Notes under the pieces: model-generated
Databases searched by the model: none
The model's input: only the letters and a program-made list of their open reading frames with translations
What the model was told of the DNA's origin: nothing
Part shown: positions 1 through 9,363 of the stretch, piece by piece
Layout: each line of letters opens with the position of its first letter
How positions within the stretch are numbered: position 1 is the stretch's first letter
Program-made: the position numbers and the translations under genes
Origin: Acidimicrobiia bacterium
GTDB lineage: Bacteria; Actinomycetota; Acidimicrobiia; Spongiisociales; ZC4RG35
DNA length: 64,000 nucleotides
Reading direction: 5' to 3'
Assembly: GCA_028285585.1 (NCBI GenBank)
Contig: JANQOU010000006.1
Location: 593,881-657,880 of the forward strand

Positions 1-747
1 GTGTGGTCGATGACAGGTAACACAACGCCGCCAGCAGCAGGTGAGATCACAGAGAGAGGTCGGAAGCGACTCGGGCGCGCACAGGAATCGATCTCCGGCA
101 GTGGACTTCTCCCGTCACATGAAGACGATCTTCGTGGGTTCCTCGGGCCCCTCAGCGAAGTCCGCTGGGGTTCAGCTGTCGTTCTCAACGACTCTGCTGA
201 ACGGCAAGCGCGGATGTTCTTCGATCGAATCCATCCTGATCCGACATTCCTCGCCAAGGGTGTGCTGGCTGCCGACCACGCGGAGGGAATGTCCAGATGG
301 GACGCTCTGGCGGTTGTACTGCGATTGAGGATGTTGGAGCACCCGTCTCTTCAACTATTCGAGGACGGCCTCCGCATCACAGCCAATGCCACCTCGGAAT
401 TGATCATGGACGGCCTGATGGAGGGTCACGGAGACCCCCCACAAATCAAATGGTCGCCGGGCGAGTCCGGTGTCGTGGTCAGTCGCCAACGTCGTTTTGC
501 GCGTCCAGCGGTCGTGCTGTTGCAAGAACGTCTCGCTGCCCAAATCGGCTATCTCGACGCTTTGCTGAGCCAGTCGTCCGTTCGGTTCTTGCTCGCATCT
601 CCTGACGAATACCGACAGGTCTTCCAACCCCTCGTGTCGATCTACATGCAGGGCTACCTCATCGACTACGAACAGTGGATATTCACGAACGCCGAATCCG
701 AGGACCTTGGGCCTCTTCCCAGTCTCGATCCGAGACCGAGGGTTTAG
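1..747 (+). CDS. Hypothetical protein (start uncertain, may be 5'-partial)
   Basis: 248-aa ORF with no motif I recognise; codon usage looks less GC3-biased than the core genes. Confidence 0.55.
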   Translation: MWSMTGNTTPPAAGEITERGRKRLGRAQESISGSGLLPSHEDDLRGFLGPLSEVRWGSAVVLNDSAERQARMFFDRIHPDPTFLAKGVLAADHAEGMSRWDALAVVLRLRMLEHPSLQLFEDGLRITANATSELIMDGLMEGHGDPPQIKWSPGESGVVVSRQRRFARPAVVLLQERLAAQIGYLDALLSQSSVRFLLASPDEYRQVFQPLVSIYMQGYLIDYEQWIFTNAESEDLGPLPSLDPRPRV

Positions 748-778
748 CAGCGGAGACCTGAGGCTGGAGGAAGGCAAG

Positions 779-1309
779 ATGGTGGGTGCCCTCGCAATAG
801 TCGTATACCTGGGCCTGACCTTGTGGGTTTGGGCTACTTACGGCATTCCCGCCGGTTTGACGGTCGCGGTTGCGGGGTTCATCGCACTGAACCTCCTCGG
901 ACCCAAACTCGACCACTACCTGGCTGGAAGTAGCCAGGCCAACGCCGAATCGACATACGACCGGAAGCTCCAAACCCTAATGGCCCAGCGTTCCGGCCCG
1001 GGAGGACTTCCAGGTGATCTGGCGTTTCTGTCAGCCTGTGCACTGCTCCCACCGCAAGGAACACTGCTCGCAAGGTTCGACCGTCTCACGCGAGAGAATC
1101 GGGGCTACCTACGCCAGGTACGAACAGTGGCCAATCGTTCCCCTCACTGGCACCTACCAATCCCGCCAGAAACCACCGACCAGTTGGAAGAGGACAGTCT
1201 CAGACGACTCGACGAGTATCGGACCCTAGGCGAAGTTCACGATGACCCATATCTCCAAGATTGGGTTGATCGCGTACTCGCCACGTACTCGACTTGGTAC
1301 GAGGATTAG
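779..1309 (+). CDS. Hypothetical membrane protein
   Basis: GGAGG upstream of ATG 779; two N-terminal hydrophobic segments. Confidence 0.6.
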   Translation: MVGALAIVVYLGLTLWVWATYGIPAGLTVAVAGFIALNLLGPKLDHYLAGSSQANAESTYDRKLQTLMAQRSGPGGLPGDLAFLSACALLPPQGTLLARFDRLTRENRGYLRQVRTVANRSPHWHLPIPPETTDQLEEDSLRRLDEYRTLGEVHDDPYLQDWVDRVLATYSTWYED

Positions 1310-1386
1310 GCGCCCCGGGCCCCCCAACGACCCGCGAACCGGAGTGTTGCATTTCGTGACCCCTTACCTCCTATCCCAACTTTGGT

Positions 1387-1415
1387 TTGACCTAGTGGCC
1401 GGTTGACGCGACCAT
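1387..1415 (+). promoter_or_regulatory. Putative housekeeping-sigma promoter for bS22
   Basis: TTGACC-N17-GACCAT upstream of the small ORF. Confidence 0.4.
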
Positions 1416-1449
1416 GATGTGCTGACTCCCCCTCTCGAGAGGTTTTTGC

Positions 1450-1542
1450 ATGGGTTCGCTTGTCAAAAAGCGCCGAAAGAAGATGTCAAAGCACAAGTAC
1501 CGCAAGCGTCTGAAGGCAAACAGGCACAAGCGGAAACGATGA
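1450..1542 (+). CDS. 30S ribosomal protein bS22 (AURKAIP1/COX24-domain small basic protein)
   Basis: Manual translation MGSLVKKRRKKMSKHKYRKRLKANRHKRKR matches the bS22 pattern; GAGAGG RBS; absent from the ORF track. Confidence 0.9.
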   Translation: MGSLVKKRRKKMSKHKYRKRLKANRHKRKR

Positions 1543-1547
1543 CTTTG

Positions 1548-1577
1548 AGACCGGGCCTTTGGCCCGGTCTTCTCTTG
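1548..1577 (+). terminator. Intrinsic terminator between convergent bS22 and CopD-like genes
   Basis: AGACCGGGCC-TTT-GGCCCGGTCT hairpin followed by a pyrimidine run. Confidence 0.75.
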
Positions 1578-1949
1578 TCAGACCTGGGTAGCCACCCAGA
1601 GGATGACCAGCGACACGACCAGGATCGCTCCTTGGATCATTCCCCTGGTTCGGGGCGACTGCTGACTGCCGGCGATCGAATGCCATCCGGCCAGCATCGC
1701 CACCAAGAGCACCAGCCCGATCTTGACTGCCAGCGTCTGAGACCAGAAGTCGACGGCCATGTAGCCGCCGGTGAGCACCAGCAGTCCCAACGCCGACCAG
1801 GAGATGACCCCGAACCGGCGCGCCATCGCCTTGATCACCTCTCGGTCGTCGGTGGCTCGCCTCACCGCGGGGACCAGCCCGCCGAGAACGATCAGCCCAC
1901 CGATCCAGACGGTGGCTCCAAGCAGGTGCAGGTAGAAGACGACACTCAT
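1578..1949 (-). CDS. Small CopD/DUF4149-like membrane protein
   Basis: HLLGATVWIGG motif, LLVLTG, about 4 TM segments. Confidence 0.7.
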   Translation of the reverse strand: MSVVFYLHLLGATVWIGGLIVLGGLVPAVRRATDDREVIKAMARRFGVISWSALGLLVLTGGYMAVDFWSQTLAVKIGLVLLVAMLAGWHSIAGSQQSPRTRGMIQGAILVVSLVILWVATQV

Positions 1950-1996
1950 AGCTGAGGTGATTGTGACCGTATTTGGGCGTTATTACCTGAGGTTGC
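1950..1996 (-). repeat. Intergenic repeat family A, single unit
   Basis: Minus strand AACCTCAGGTAATA-ACGCCC-AAATAC-GGTCAC-AATCACCTCAG; homologous to copies at 16351, 46161 and 63727. Confidence 0.8.
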
Positions 1997-2012
1997 GGGT
2001 GCGGGGGTTGTT

Positions 2013-2843
2013 TCAGCGTTGGTCGCGTAGGAAGTCTTCGATTTCTGCGACGAGGCGGTCGCTCTGCTCATCCTCTTCGTCGGCGTCCTGCTCCAGCCGC
2101 TCCACGTAGCGGAGCAACTCGTCGTTGCCCTCGATCGCCTCGTCGACGGTCGACAGGAAGTGACGGGTCGCAGTCGTCAGGTCTCCGATGTCCAGCGAGA
2201 TCCCGGCCAGCTCTGCGGCCTTGATCGCGAGAGCCTCGGTGCCCGGCGGATACTCCTGGTTCGACAGATAGTGGGGCACGGCTGCCCACACCGAGATGAC
2301 GTCGATACCTGCCTGCCCCAGGACGTGGTTGAGTACCCCGACTATGCCCGTTGGGCCTTCATACCCTGACGGGAGCAGATCGTGCATCGAAAGCGTGTCG
2401 GGCATGGTCGCCGAGCCCACCAGGGGCACGGGGAGAGTGTGAGCCACCTGGCCGATGAACGCACCCATCGTGATGGCCCGAGTCACTCCGAGCCCGGCGA
2501 GCGCATCCACCAGGTCGCCGGTGAAGGTCTTCCACCTGTAGTGAGGCTCCTCTCCGACGATGACAAGGACGTCTCGCCCTTCCACCCGGAGATGATGTAT
2601 CTCGTTTCTCGGCCAAGAGATGTCGCGCACGCCTGAGGAGTCGAGTTCGACGATCGGCCGGCGGACCTGGAAGTCAAAGTGCTCGTCCGGGTCGATGATC
2701 GCAACCAGCTCGCTGTCGACATGGGAGAGAAAGGCAAGCGCCGCCTGGCTCGAGGACTCGCCGGCGTCGCCCCAGCCCTCGAAGGCGATCACAGCAGTGG
2801 GTTGATGGAGGACTGGCCGGCTGACCCATTCCAACGATGCCAT
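2013..2843 (-). CDS. PAC2 (proteasome assembly chaperone 2) family protein
   Basis: AFEGWGDAG, FDFQVRRP, EEPHYRW, YEGPTGIVG, WAAVPHY. Confidence 0.9.
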   Translation of the reverse strand: MASLEWVSRPVLHQPTAVIAFEGWGDAGESSSQAALAFLSHVDSELVAIIDPDEHFDFQVRRPIVELDSSGVRDISWPRNEIHHLRVEGRDVLVIVGEEPHYRWKTFTGDLVDALAGLGVTRAITMGAFIGQVAHTLPVPLVGSATMPDTLSMHDLLPSGYEGPTGIVGVLNHVLGQAGIDVISVWAAVPHYLSNQEYPPGTEALAIKAAELAGISLDIGDLTTATRHFLSTVDEAIEGNDELLRYVERLEQDADEEDEQSDRLVAEIEDFLRDQR

Positions 2844-2877
2844 CAGTTCAACCTACACCTCAGGCGCCGGTATGGGA

Positions 2878-5049
2878 TCAGAACCAGAAGGCCCTGAACC
2901 GCCGCAGCCGGAGTGCGTTGAGCACGACCGACACCGACGACAACGCCATTGCCCCGGCAGCGATCGTCGGGCTGAGCATCCCAGCCGCCGCAAGGGGGAT
3001 CGCAGCGGTGTTGTAGAGGAAAGCCCAGACCAGGTTGCTCCGAATCGTCCTGAAGGTCGACTGCGCAAGCTCGACAGCCGTCGGCGCCAGTCGCGGATCG
3101 TCGTTGAGTAGCACGATGTCACCGGCCTCAACCGCGACACCGGTTCCCGAGCCCACCGCCAAGCCGAGGTCGGCCTGGGTCAAGGCAGGGGCGTCGTTCA
3201 CCCCGTCCCCGAGAAACGCCACGGTCTCGCCGCGGCCTTGGAGCTCGGCGACGTGTTTCGCCTTGGTCTCGGGAGTGGCCTCCGCGTACACCTCCTCGAT
3301 GCCGACCATGTCGCCGACACGACGGGCCGTGGTTGGGTTGTCACCGGTTACCAGAGCGGTGGCGATCCCCAAACCGTGCAGCCGCTCGACAGCGGACTTC
3401 GCTTCGGGCCGAAGGCTGTCGGACACCTCGATCACACCTCGAGCAGAGCCACCCCAGCCTGCGAGAAAGCTGGTGTGGCCACGCTTTTCACCGGTCTCAA
3501 CAGCTTCCAGCCACTTCGGCTCTACGACGTAGCCGTTCTCCTCGAAGAGAAGCGGTGTCCCGACGAGGACTTCGGTCCCGTCGACAGTGCCGGTCGCTCC
3601 CATCCCCGGTATCGACTCGAGATCGGTCACCTGCTCCAGCTGGACGTCTGCCTCGTCGGCGGCGAGACCCACTGCGATGCCAATGGGATGGCCGGAAGCG
3701 ACTTCGACGGAGCCGGCGAGACGGAGGAACTCGGTGTCCAGCTCGTCGGTCGTGAAGCCCTTTGGGGTCATGATCCCGGTGGTCAGCGTCCCGGTCTTGT
3801 CGAACAGCAGAGTGTCGATTGACCGGGCGCCTTCGAACACCTCGGCTTGCTTGAACAAGATTCCCAGTTCGGCGCCTCGCCCACTCCCGACCATGACCGC
3901 AGTCGGTGTCGCCAGGCCAAGAGCACAGGGGCAGGCGATGATCAGGACGGCGACGGCGATCTGCACCGCCTGACCGACAGAATCGCCGAAGAACAGCCAG
4001 AAGCCGAAGACAAACAGGGCAATGAGCAGGACGACTTGGACGAATCGCGCCGAGTAGGCGTCGGCCAGCCGCTGAATGGGAGCTTTTGAGCCTTGGGCCT
4101 CCTCGACCATCTTGACAATCCCGGACAGCACCGTGTCGCTGCCAACTCTCGTCGCCTCGATGATCAGCTGGCCGGCCTGGTTCAAGGTGGCTCCCACCAC
4201 CTCATCGCCGGCGGCCTTGGGCACCGGCATCGGCTCGCCAGTCAGCATCGACTCATCGACGGTGCTCGTCCCTTCGATGACCACCCCGTCGGTGGGGATG
4301 CGGTCGCCAGGCCCGACCAGAAGCCGGTCGCCGGGGATGACGTCTTCGATGGAGATCTTCGACTGGCCGTCTTTGGTGATGATCGTCGCCTCTGTGGCAC
4401 CCAGTTGAAGCAGCCGGTGGACAGCCGACGAGGCGTTGCCTTTGGCTCGCGCCTCGAAGACCTTCCCGAGGGTGATCAGGGTGATGATCATCCCTGACGT
4501 CTCGAAGAAGACTGCCTGTCCGGAGGGCAGCACCGCCATGGAGTAGAAGTAGGCAGCCAGTGACCCAAGCGAGATGAGTGAGTCCATGCTTGCCTCACCC
4601 TGCTTGGCGAGCTTCCAGGCCCGAGTGTGGAACTGCGAGCCGGCCCAGAACACGACTGGAGTCACCAGCGCCCATTGCACCAGCGAGTTCCACAACGCGT
4701 GTGGTCCCGCCAGATGCAAGACCATCGCAGGAGCAGTGAAGGCGAATGCGATCCAGAAGCGGCCGCGTTGCTCACGCTCCTCCTCGGAGTACATCTCGAC
4801 TACGTCGCGCTGCTCGTGCTCGGGATCGCGCGAGGTGAGGCCGTATCCGATGTTGTCGACGGCCGCCATCAGTTCGTCGGCAGCGACGCCGGGCGTCACG
4901 CGGACCGCCGCGGACGCTCCTGCGAGGTTGACGGCGGCGTTCTCGACACCCTTTTGGCGCGCGAGTATCCGCTCGACTCTGACCGCGCACGTGGCGCAGG
5001 TCATCCCGTCGACGTCGAAGAAGAGGGTCTCTGTGGCCTGGTCAGGCAA
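2878..5049 (-). CDS. copA: Copper-translocating P1B-type ATPase
   Basis: GMTCATC HMA domain, TGE, CPC, DKTGT, HP, GDGVND, YN...MALSS; TTG start overlaps the copZ end. Confidence 0.93.
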   Translation of the reverse strand: MPDQATETLFFDVDGMTCATCAVRVERILARQKGVENAAVNLAGASAAVRVTPGVAADELMAAVDNIGYGLTSRDPEHEQRDVVEMYSEEEREQRGRFWIAFAFTAPAMVLHLAGPHALWNSLVQWALVTPVVFWAGSQFHTRAWKLAKQGEASMDSLISLGSLAAYFYSMAVLPSGQAVFFETSGMIITLITLGKVFEARAKGNASSAVHRLLQLGATEATIITKDGQSKISIEDVIPGDRLLVGPGDRIPTDGVVIEGTSTVDESMLTGEPMPVPKAAGDEVVGATLNQAGQLIIEATRVGSDTVLSGIVKMVEEAQGSKAPIQRLADAYSARFVQVVLLIALFVFGFWLFFGDSVGQAVQIAVAVLIIACPCALGLATPTAVMVGSGRGAELGILFKQAEVFEGARSIDTLLFDKTGTLTTGIMTPKGFTTDELDTEFLRLAGSVEVASGHPIGIAVGLAADEADVQLEQVTDLESIPGMGATGTVDGTEVLVGTPLLFEENGYVVEPKWLEAVETGEKRGHTSFLAGWGGSARGVIEVSDSLRPEAKSAVERLHGLGIATALVTGDNPTTARRVGDMVGIEEVYAEATPETKAKHVAELQGRGETVAFLGDGVNDAPALTQADLGLAVGSGTGVAVEAGDIVLLNDDPRLAPTAVELAQSTFRTIRSNLVWAFLYNTAAIPLAAAGMLSPTIAAGAMALSSVSVVLNALRLRRFRAFWF

Positions 5050-5251
5050 CGACGCTGTACCCCTGGTTCTCGATGGTCGTCTTGATGGCGTCAAGACCGA
5101 CCGAGCCCTCGTCGAAAGCAACGTCGATGGTGGCGTCCGCAACTGTCACCTCGACGGTGTCGACTCCGTCGAGCGCCCCAACTGCTCCTTCGAGGCTGCT
5201 CTTGCAGTGGTCGCAGTGAACTTCGGGGACTTGCAGTTGAACTTGTGTCAT
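5042..5251 (-). CDS. copZ: Copper chaperone (HMA domain)
   Basis: VHCDHC motif, C-terminal GY; AGGAG RBS. Confidence 0.88.
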   Translation of the reverse strand: MTQVQLQVPEVHCDHCKSSLEGAVGALDGVDTVEVTVADATIDVAFDEGSVGLDAIKTTIENQGYSVVA

Positions 5252-5259
5252 TTGGGCTC

Positions 5260-5661
5260 CTAGCTCTGTTTGGCGATGGTCTGGCATCGATTCGGGTCGT
5301 TGCAATTTGCAGGGTCGAGCGACGTGGCCTCGTTGATCATCTTCGAGATTCGCTCCTCGGTCCTCTTCAGCTCCGAAAGCTGCTGTTGCACCTCGGAGAG
5401 GTGGTTCTCGAGAAGCGAGATGGTGTGGTGGCAGGTTTGCTCACCTTCGTCTCTCAGTTCGAGGACAACCTGGATCTCGACCAGCGACAGGCCGGCGGTC
5501 TGGGCGTCCTTGATGAAGCCGATGCGGTCGACCGCACCCGTGCCGTACGACCGGTATCCGTTGTCGAGACGTGCCGCCTCGGGAAGGATGCCGATGTCTT
5601 CGTAGTAGCGGATCGCTTTCGTCGACAGACCGGTCCGGTCTGCCAGCTCTCCGATTCTCAT
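5260..5661 (-). CDS. MerR-family heavy-metal-responsive regulator
   Basis: MRIGELA...IRYYE...NGYRSY; three Cys in the C-terminal half. Confidence 0.9.
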   Translation of the reverse strand: MRIGELADRTGLSTKAIRYYEDIGILPEAARLDNGYRSYGTGAVDRIGFIKDAQTAGLSLVEIQVVLELRDEGEQTCHHTISLLENHLSEVQQQLSELKRTEERISKMINEATSLDPANCNDPNRCQTIAKQS

Positions 5662-5680
5662 AACGCCATTGTATCAGAGA

Positions 5681-5704
5681 AACCTTCCAGTCAGCTAGAA
5701 GGTT
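5681..5704. promoter_or_regulatory. MerR/CueR-type operator dyad next to the merR -10 (TACAAT)
   Basis: AACCTTCCAG-TCAG-CTAGAAGGTT resembles the ACCTTCC...GGAAGGT operator. Confidence 0.7.
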
Positions 5705-5727
5705 GACATAGACCCGTCTCGCACAAT

Positions 5728-5756
5728 GAGAGCCCCGGCATAAAGCCGGGGCTCTC
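5728..5756 (-). terminator. Terminator hairpin
   Basis: Perfect 12-bp stem GAGAGCCCCGGC/GCCGGGGCTCTC; weak U tail. Confidence 0.7.
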
Positions 5757-5760
5757 GGGT

Positions 5761-5805
5761 TCTGGCTGGGGACGGGGAGGGGGAGAGGACCTGTACCCAA
5801 CCAGA
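5761..5805 (-). ncRNA. Candidate sRNA or 3'UTR hairpin with a C-rich loop
   Basis: UCUGGUUGGG...CCCAGCCAGA stem, loop UCCUCUCCCCCUC, followed directly by a terminator. Confidence 0.4.
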
Positions 5806-5840
5806 GATCTATTCAGCTGAGCATCCACACTCGTGTGTGT

Positions 5841-6038
5841 TCAGGCCTCCGCTTCGTCCATGATCTTGCCGCGGACCCGGGGGAACCGGATCGGGGCATG
5901 GGCGTGGCAATACTCGGCTTTATTGTACTGGGAAAGCTTGGTCTCACACCCTGGCTGGGCGCAAACCCTGTCTTTGGCGAAGCGCTTCGAGGGGCGGGTA
6001 ACACCCTTGATCGCAGCTCCTCTGACTGTGTCACTCAT
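5841..6038 (-). CDS. Small basic Zn-finger-like hypothetical protein (65 aa)
   Basis: C-x4-C...C-x2-H; AGGAGGG RBS. Confidence 0.75.
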   Translation of the reverse strand: MSDTVRGAAIKGVTRPSKRFAKDRVCAQPGCETKLSQYNKAEYCHAHAPIRFPRVRGKIMDEAEA

Positions 6039-6208
6039 ATGTCTGGCCCTCCTGGTCCGGGCCCGTTAGGGAAAACGTTCTTCTGGCTTCAGGTGGTTTC
6101 TGTGAGGATTGGCCCACAATCCTTGATGAAGCACTCAAATAGTGCAACTCGACCGGTCAAACGGACGTAAATCACCCTCTCCGATTGGCATTAGGACGCC
6201 GGAAACCC

Positions 6209-8164
6209 CTATTCAGTTCCCGAAATGCCGAGCTTCCGTAGAAACGCCTCGTTGTTGGGCTTTCTTCCCAGAAAGTCTCTCAGCATCTCGTCGGGGTCCA
6301 CGGTTCCTCCCCGCTCCAGCACAGTATGGCGGTAAGCCATTCCGACTGCGGGGTTTGTGACGCCTTCGTCCTCGAATTTCGAGAACATGTCGTCTCCGAA
6401 TACTTCCGACCACATGTAGCCGTAGTAACTGGAGTCATATCCTCCCATCAAATGCCCGAATGATGCAAGTCCAAACGTCCCCTCATGGGTCGGCATCATC
6501 GAGATCTGGGAGCCCTCCTCATGGATTTGATGCAGGTCCCGGTCCGGCCCGCCGTGGATCTCCTGGTCCCACCACCCGTATTGCATCTGTCGCAGTTGGA
6601 AGATGGCCGTGTTGAGGTTGCGGGCGGCTACCAGCTGGTCGACCAACTCATCCGGGATCGCCTCGCCGGTTTCGTAGTGCTTGGCGAACCGCTTGAGCAC
6701 GTCGGTCCGCCAAATCCAATGCTGCATGATCTGGCTTGGAGCCTCGACGAAGTCACGTTCCACGTTGGTGCCCGAGAAACGAGCCAGCTCGGTTCTGCCC
6801 AGGTTCTGGTGGAGGACGTGACCGAACTCGTGGAACAACGTCTCGACTTCGCCGTGCTGGAGCAGTGAAGGAGCGTCGTCAGTCGGCTTGGTGAAGTTGG
6901 CGACCATCGCACACGTCGGGTTTTGGTACGTGCCGTCCTCGAGCCGCCGGCTCGGGATCAGCGGGAACTCGGCGGCGTGGCCGTACTTGCCCTCGCGAGG
7001 GAAGAGGTCGAGATAGAACCGGGACAGCTCCTCCCCAGTCTCCGCTTCGAGGATGGCGAACAGCTGCACGTCTTCGTGCCAGGCGTCGAACTCCTCGATC
7101 TCACTGAACTCGATGCCGAACATCTCCGAGGTCAGCTCGAACATGCCGTCGAGCACCTGGCCCAACGGGAAGTACTTGGCCACCTCGAAGTTGTCTACCC
7201 CGTATTCCGTCTTCCGCTGCTGGGTGTCATAGAACGCCGAGTCCCACGTCTGGACCTGGCGCTCGCCGGTGTCAGCCTCGAGCAATTCCGATATGGCGGC
7301 GAGCTCTTGCTTTGCCTTCTCGGTCAGAGGGCCGCGGAGGCCGGCGTAGAACTCCCTGACCCGGTCCGGGGTCTTCGCCATGCGCTCCTCGAGACGATGA
7401 TGCGACCAGGTGGGATGCCCGAAGGCCTCCGCTATCTCCTGTCGCAAGGCAGCGGCCTCGGCGAGGATCGCGCCGTTCTCTTCGGCCGCGACGGTGTTGA
7501 ACTTGTACCGCAGCTCCTCCCTGTGCTTGCGGCTGGTGGCGTTCTCCACGAACGGGATCAGGTGCGGATAGGCAATGGTGACTTTGTGCTTGCCCGTCTC
7601 CTCGTCGATATCGAGGGCGTCGATGAAGCTGTCGGGCAAACCTTCCAGCTCCTCTCGTGTCACCAGGATCTCGTCGTCCCACTCATCGATGTTCTGCTGG
7701 AACTGGATGCCAAGAGTGATCAGGCGCTCGGTCTTCTCCTTCACCGACGCCCGGACCTCTGGATCCAGGTCGTGACCGGCGCGGCGGAGATCCCGGAGTG
7801 TGAAGTCGAGGAACCTGGCTTCCTCTCCCGTCAGGGAAGCGGCCTCATCGGTTGCCGCGTACTCCTGGACGGCCTCGTTCAGGTCGGGGCGGAAGATCAT
7901 CTCCACGCCGAACTGGCTGTTCCTTTCCTGGGCGGCGTTGCCGGCGTCACGGACCTCCTTGTTCGGATGCACAGAGCCCATGAAGGCGTAGTCGGTGTTG
8001 GAGTGGCTGAGGATGTCGCTGATCCGATCGAGCGGGCGAAGCGTGTTGTCAAACGTCCGCTCCTCCTTCGGAGCCACCAGCTCGTCGAGAACCGCTTTGG
8101 CCTGCTCGATGGCGGCTTCGGTGCCCTGCTCGATCTGAGCAGCGGTGATGGTTGAGTAAGACAT
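6209..8164 (-). CDS. M3 family metallopeptidase (thimet oligopeptidase/oligopeptidase A-like)
   Basis: HEFGH, YLDLFPREGK, DFVEAPSQ, YYGYMW. Confidence 0.93.
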   Translation of the reverse strand: MSYSTITAAQIEQGTEAAIEQAKAVLDELVAPKEERTFDNTLRPLDRISDILSHSNTDYAFMGSVHPNKEVRDAGNAAQERNSQFGVEMIFRPDLNEAVQEYAATDEAASLTGEEARFLDFTLRDLRRAGHDLDPEVRASVKEKTERLITLGIQFQQNIDEWDDEILVTREELEGLPDSFIDALDIDEETGKHKVTIAYPHLIPFVENATSRKHREELRYKFNTVAAEENGAILAEAAALRQEIAEAFGHPTWSHHRLEERMAKTPDRVREFYAGLRGPLTEKAKQELAAISELLEADTGERQVQTWDSAFYDTQQRKTEYGVDNFEVAKYFPLGQVLDGMFELTSEMFGIEFSEIEEFDAWHEDVQLFAILEAETGEELSRFYLDLFPREGKYGHAAEFPLIPSRRLEDGTYQNPTCAMVANFTKPTDDAPSLLQHGEVETLFHEFGHVLHQNLGRTELARFSGTNVERDFVEAPSQIMQHWIWRTDVLKRFAKHYETGEAIPDELVDQLVAARNLNTAIFQLRQMQYGWWDQEIHGGPDRDLHQIHEEGSQISMMPTHEGTFGLASFGHLMGGYDSSYYGYMWSEVFGDDMFSKFEDEGVTNPAVGMAYRHTVLERGGTVDPDEMLRDFLGRKPNNEAFLRKLGISGTE

Positions 8165-8202
8165 GAGTCGCTGCAGGGTAACTGGGATGTAGCGTCACAC
8201 AC

Positions 8203-9363
8203 ATGTGGTCGCTGTCGCCGGGGATGCATCACCTCAACCACGGCTCGTTTGGTGCGGTGCCCGTTGAGGTTCAGGCAAGGCAGAGCGAGTGGCGGAGCAG
8301 GTGGGAGGCGAACACCACCTCCTTCGTTGCCAAGGAGCTGACGCCTGCAGTCGAGGTGGCGAGAGAGGCTCTGGCCGAGTTTGTCGGTGCCGATGCCGCA
8401 GGTCTTGTTTTTGTCCGCAACGCGAGTCAGGGTGTTGCCTCCGTTGTGCGCTCGTTGGAGCCCGAGCTTCAGCCTGACGACGAGATCGTCACCACTTCAC
8501 ACGACTACAACGCAGTCCGGCAGACCCTCCAATACTCGGCGGCGAAGCGTGATGCGTCGGTCCGCGTGGTGGATGTCCCTTTCCCAATCGAAGAGCCGTC
8601 CCAGGTGGTGGCGGCGGTGTTGGAGCAGGTGACGGCCCGCACCAAGCTGGTTGTGATCGATCACGTCACCTCGTCGACCGGGCTCATCTTCCCCATCTCC
8701 GAGATCGTCGCAGCGCTGGAGCCCGACATCCCAGTTTTGATCGACGGTGCGCACGGCCCGGGGCAGGTGCCGCTGCGACTCGAAGAGCTTGGAGCCTCCT
8801 GGTACACGGGCAACCTGCACAAGTGGGTCTGCTCTCCTAAAGGTGCCGCCTTCCTCCACACCCGGCAAGATCGTCGTGAGATGACAGTGCCGACGGTGAT
8901 CTCCCACGCCTGGAACGCGCCGATGGCCGAAGGGTCCAGCCGCTATCAGGGGCTGTTCGACTGGACCGGCACCGATGACATGTCCCCGTGGCTGGTGGTG
9001 CCCGAGTCGATCGGTGCGGTCGGAGCGGCGCATCCCGGCGGCTGGCCGGGTGTGATGAGCCGCAACCACGATCTTGTCGTCGAAGCCCGTGGTCTGTTGG
9101 CAGACATTTTGGATGTTGAAGAGCCGGCCCCCGAGGAGATGATCGGCTCCATGGCAGCCCTCCCGCTACCGGACGGAACGGGGCAGGACCCTGGAGGCCT
9201 GCTGTCACCACTCAACTCAGAGCTGTTGGACCGTGGCTTAGAGGCCCTGGTGATGATCTGGCCGAGCTGGCCGGGCCAGATCCTCAGGGTGTCGGCCCAC
9301 CTCTACAACGAGATCGGCGAGTACCGGAAGCTGGGGGAGACCCTCAGCGACTTGGCGGGCTGA
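8203..9363 (+). CDS. PLP-dependent class V aminotransferase (isopenicillin N epimerase/C-S lyase-like)
   Basis: LNHGSFGA, DGAH, GNLHKW, DWTGT. Confidence 0.88.
   Translation: MWSLSPGMHHLNHGSFGAVPVEVQARQSEWRSRWEANTTSFVAKELTPAVEVAREALAEFVGADAAGLVFVRNASQGVASVVRSLEPELQPDDEIVTTSHDYNAVRQTLQYSAAKRDASVRVVDVPFPIEEPSQVVAAVLEQVTARTKLVVIDHVTSSTGLIFPISEIVAALEPDIPVLIDGAHGPGQVPLRLEELGASWYTGNLHKWVCSPKGAAFLHTRQDRREMTVPTVISHAWNAPMAEGSSRYQGLFDWTGTDDMSPWLVVPESIGAVGAAHPGGWPGVMSRNHDLVVEARGLLADILDVEEPAPEEMIGSMAALPLPDGTGQDPGGLLSPLNSELLDRGLEALVMIWPSWPGQILRVSAHLYNEIGEYRKLGETLSDLAG

Noticed and set aside
1419..1955. 178-aa plus-strand ORF
   Set aside because: Overlaps bS22, its terminator and the antisense CopD-like gene
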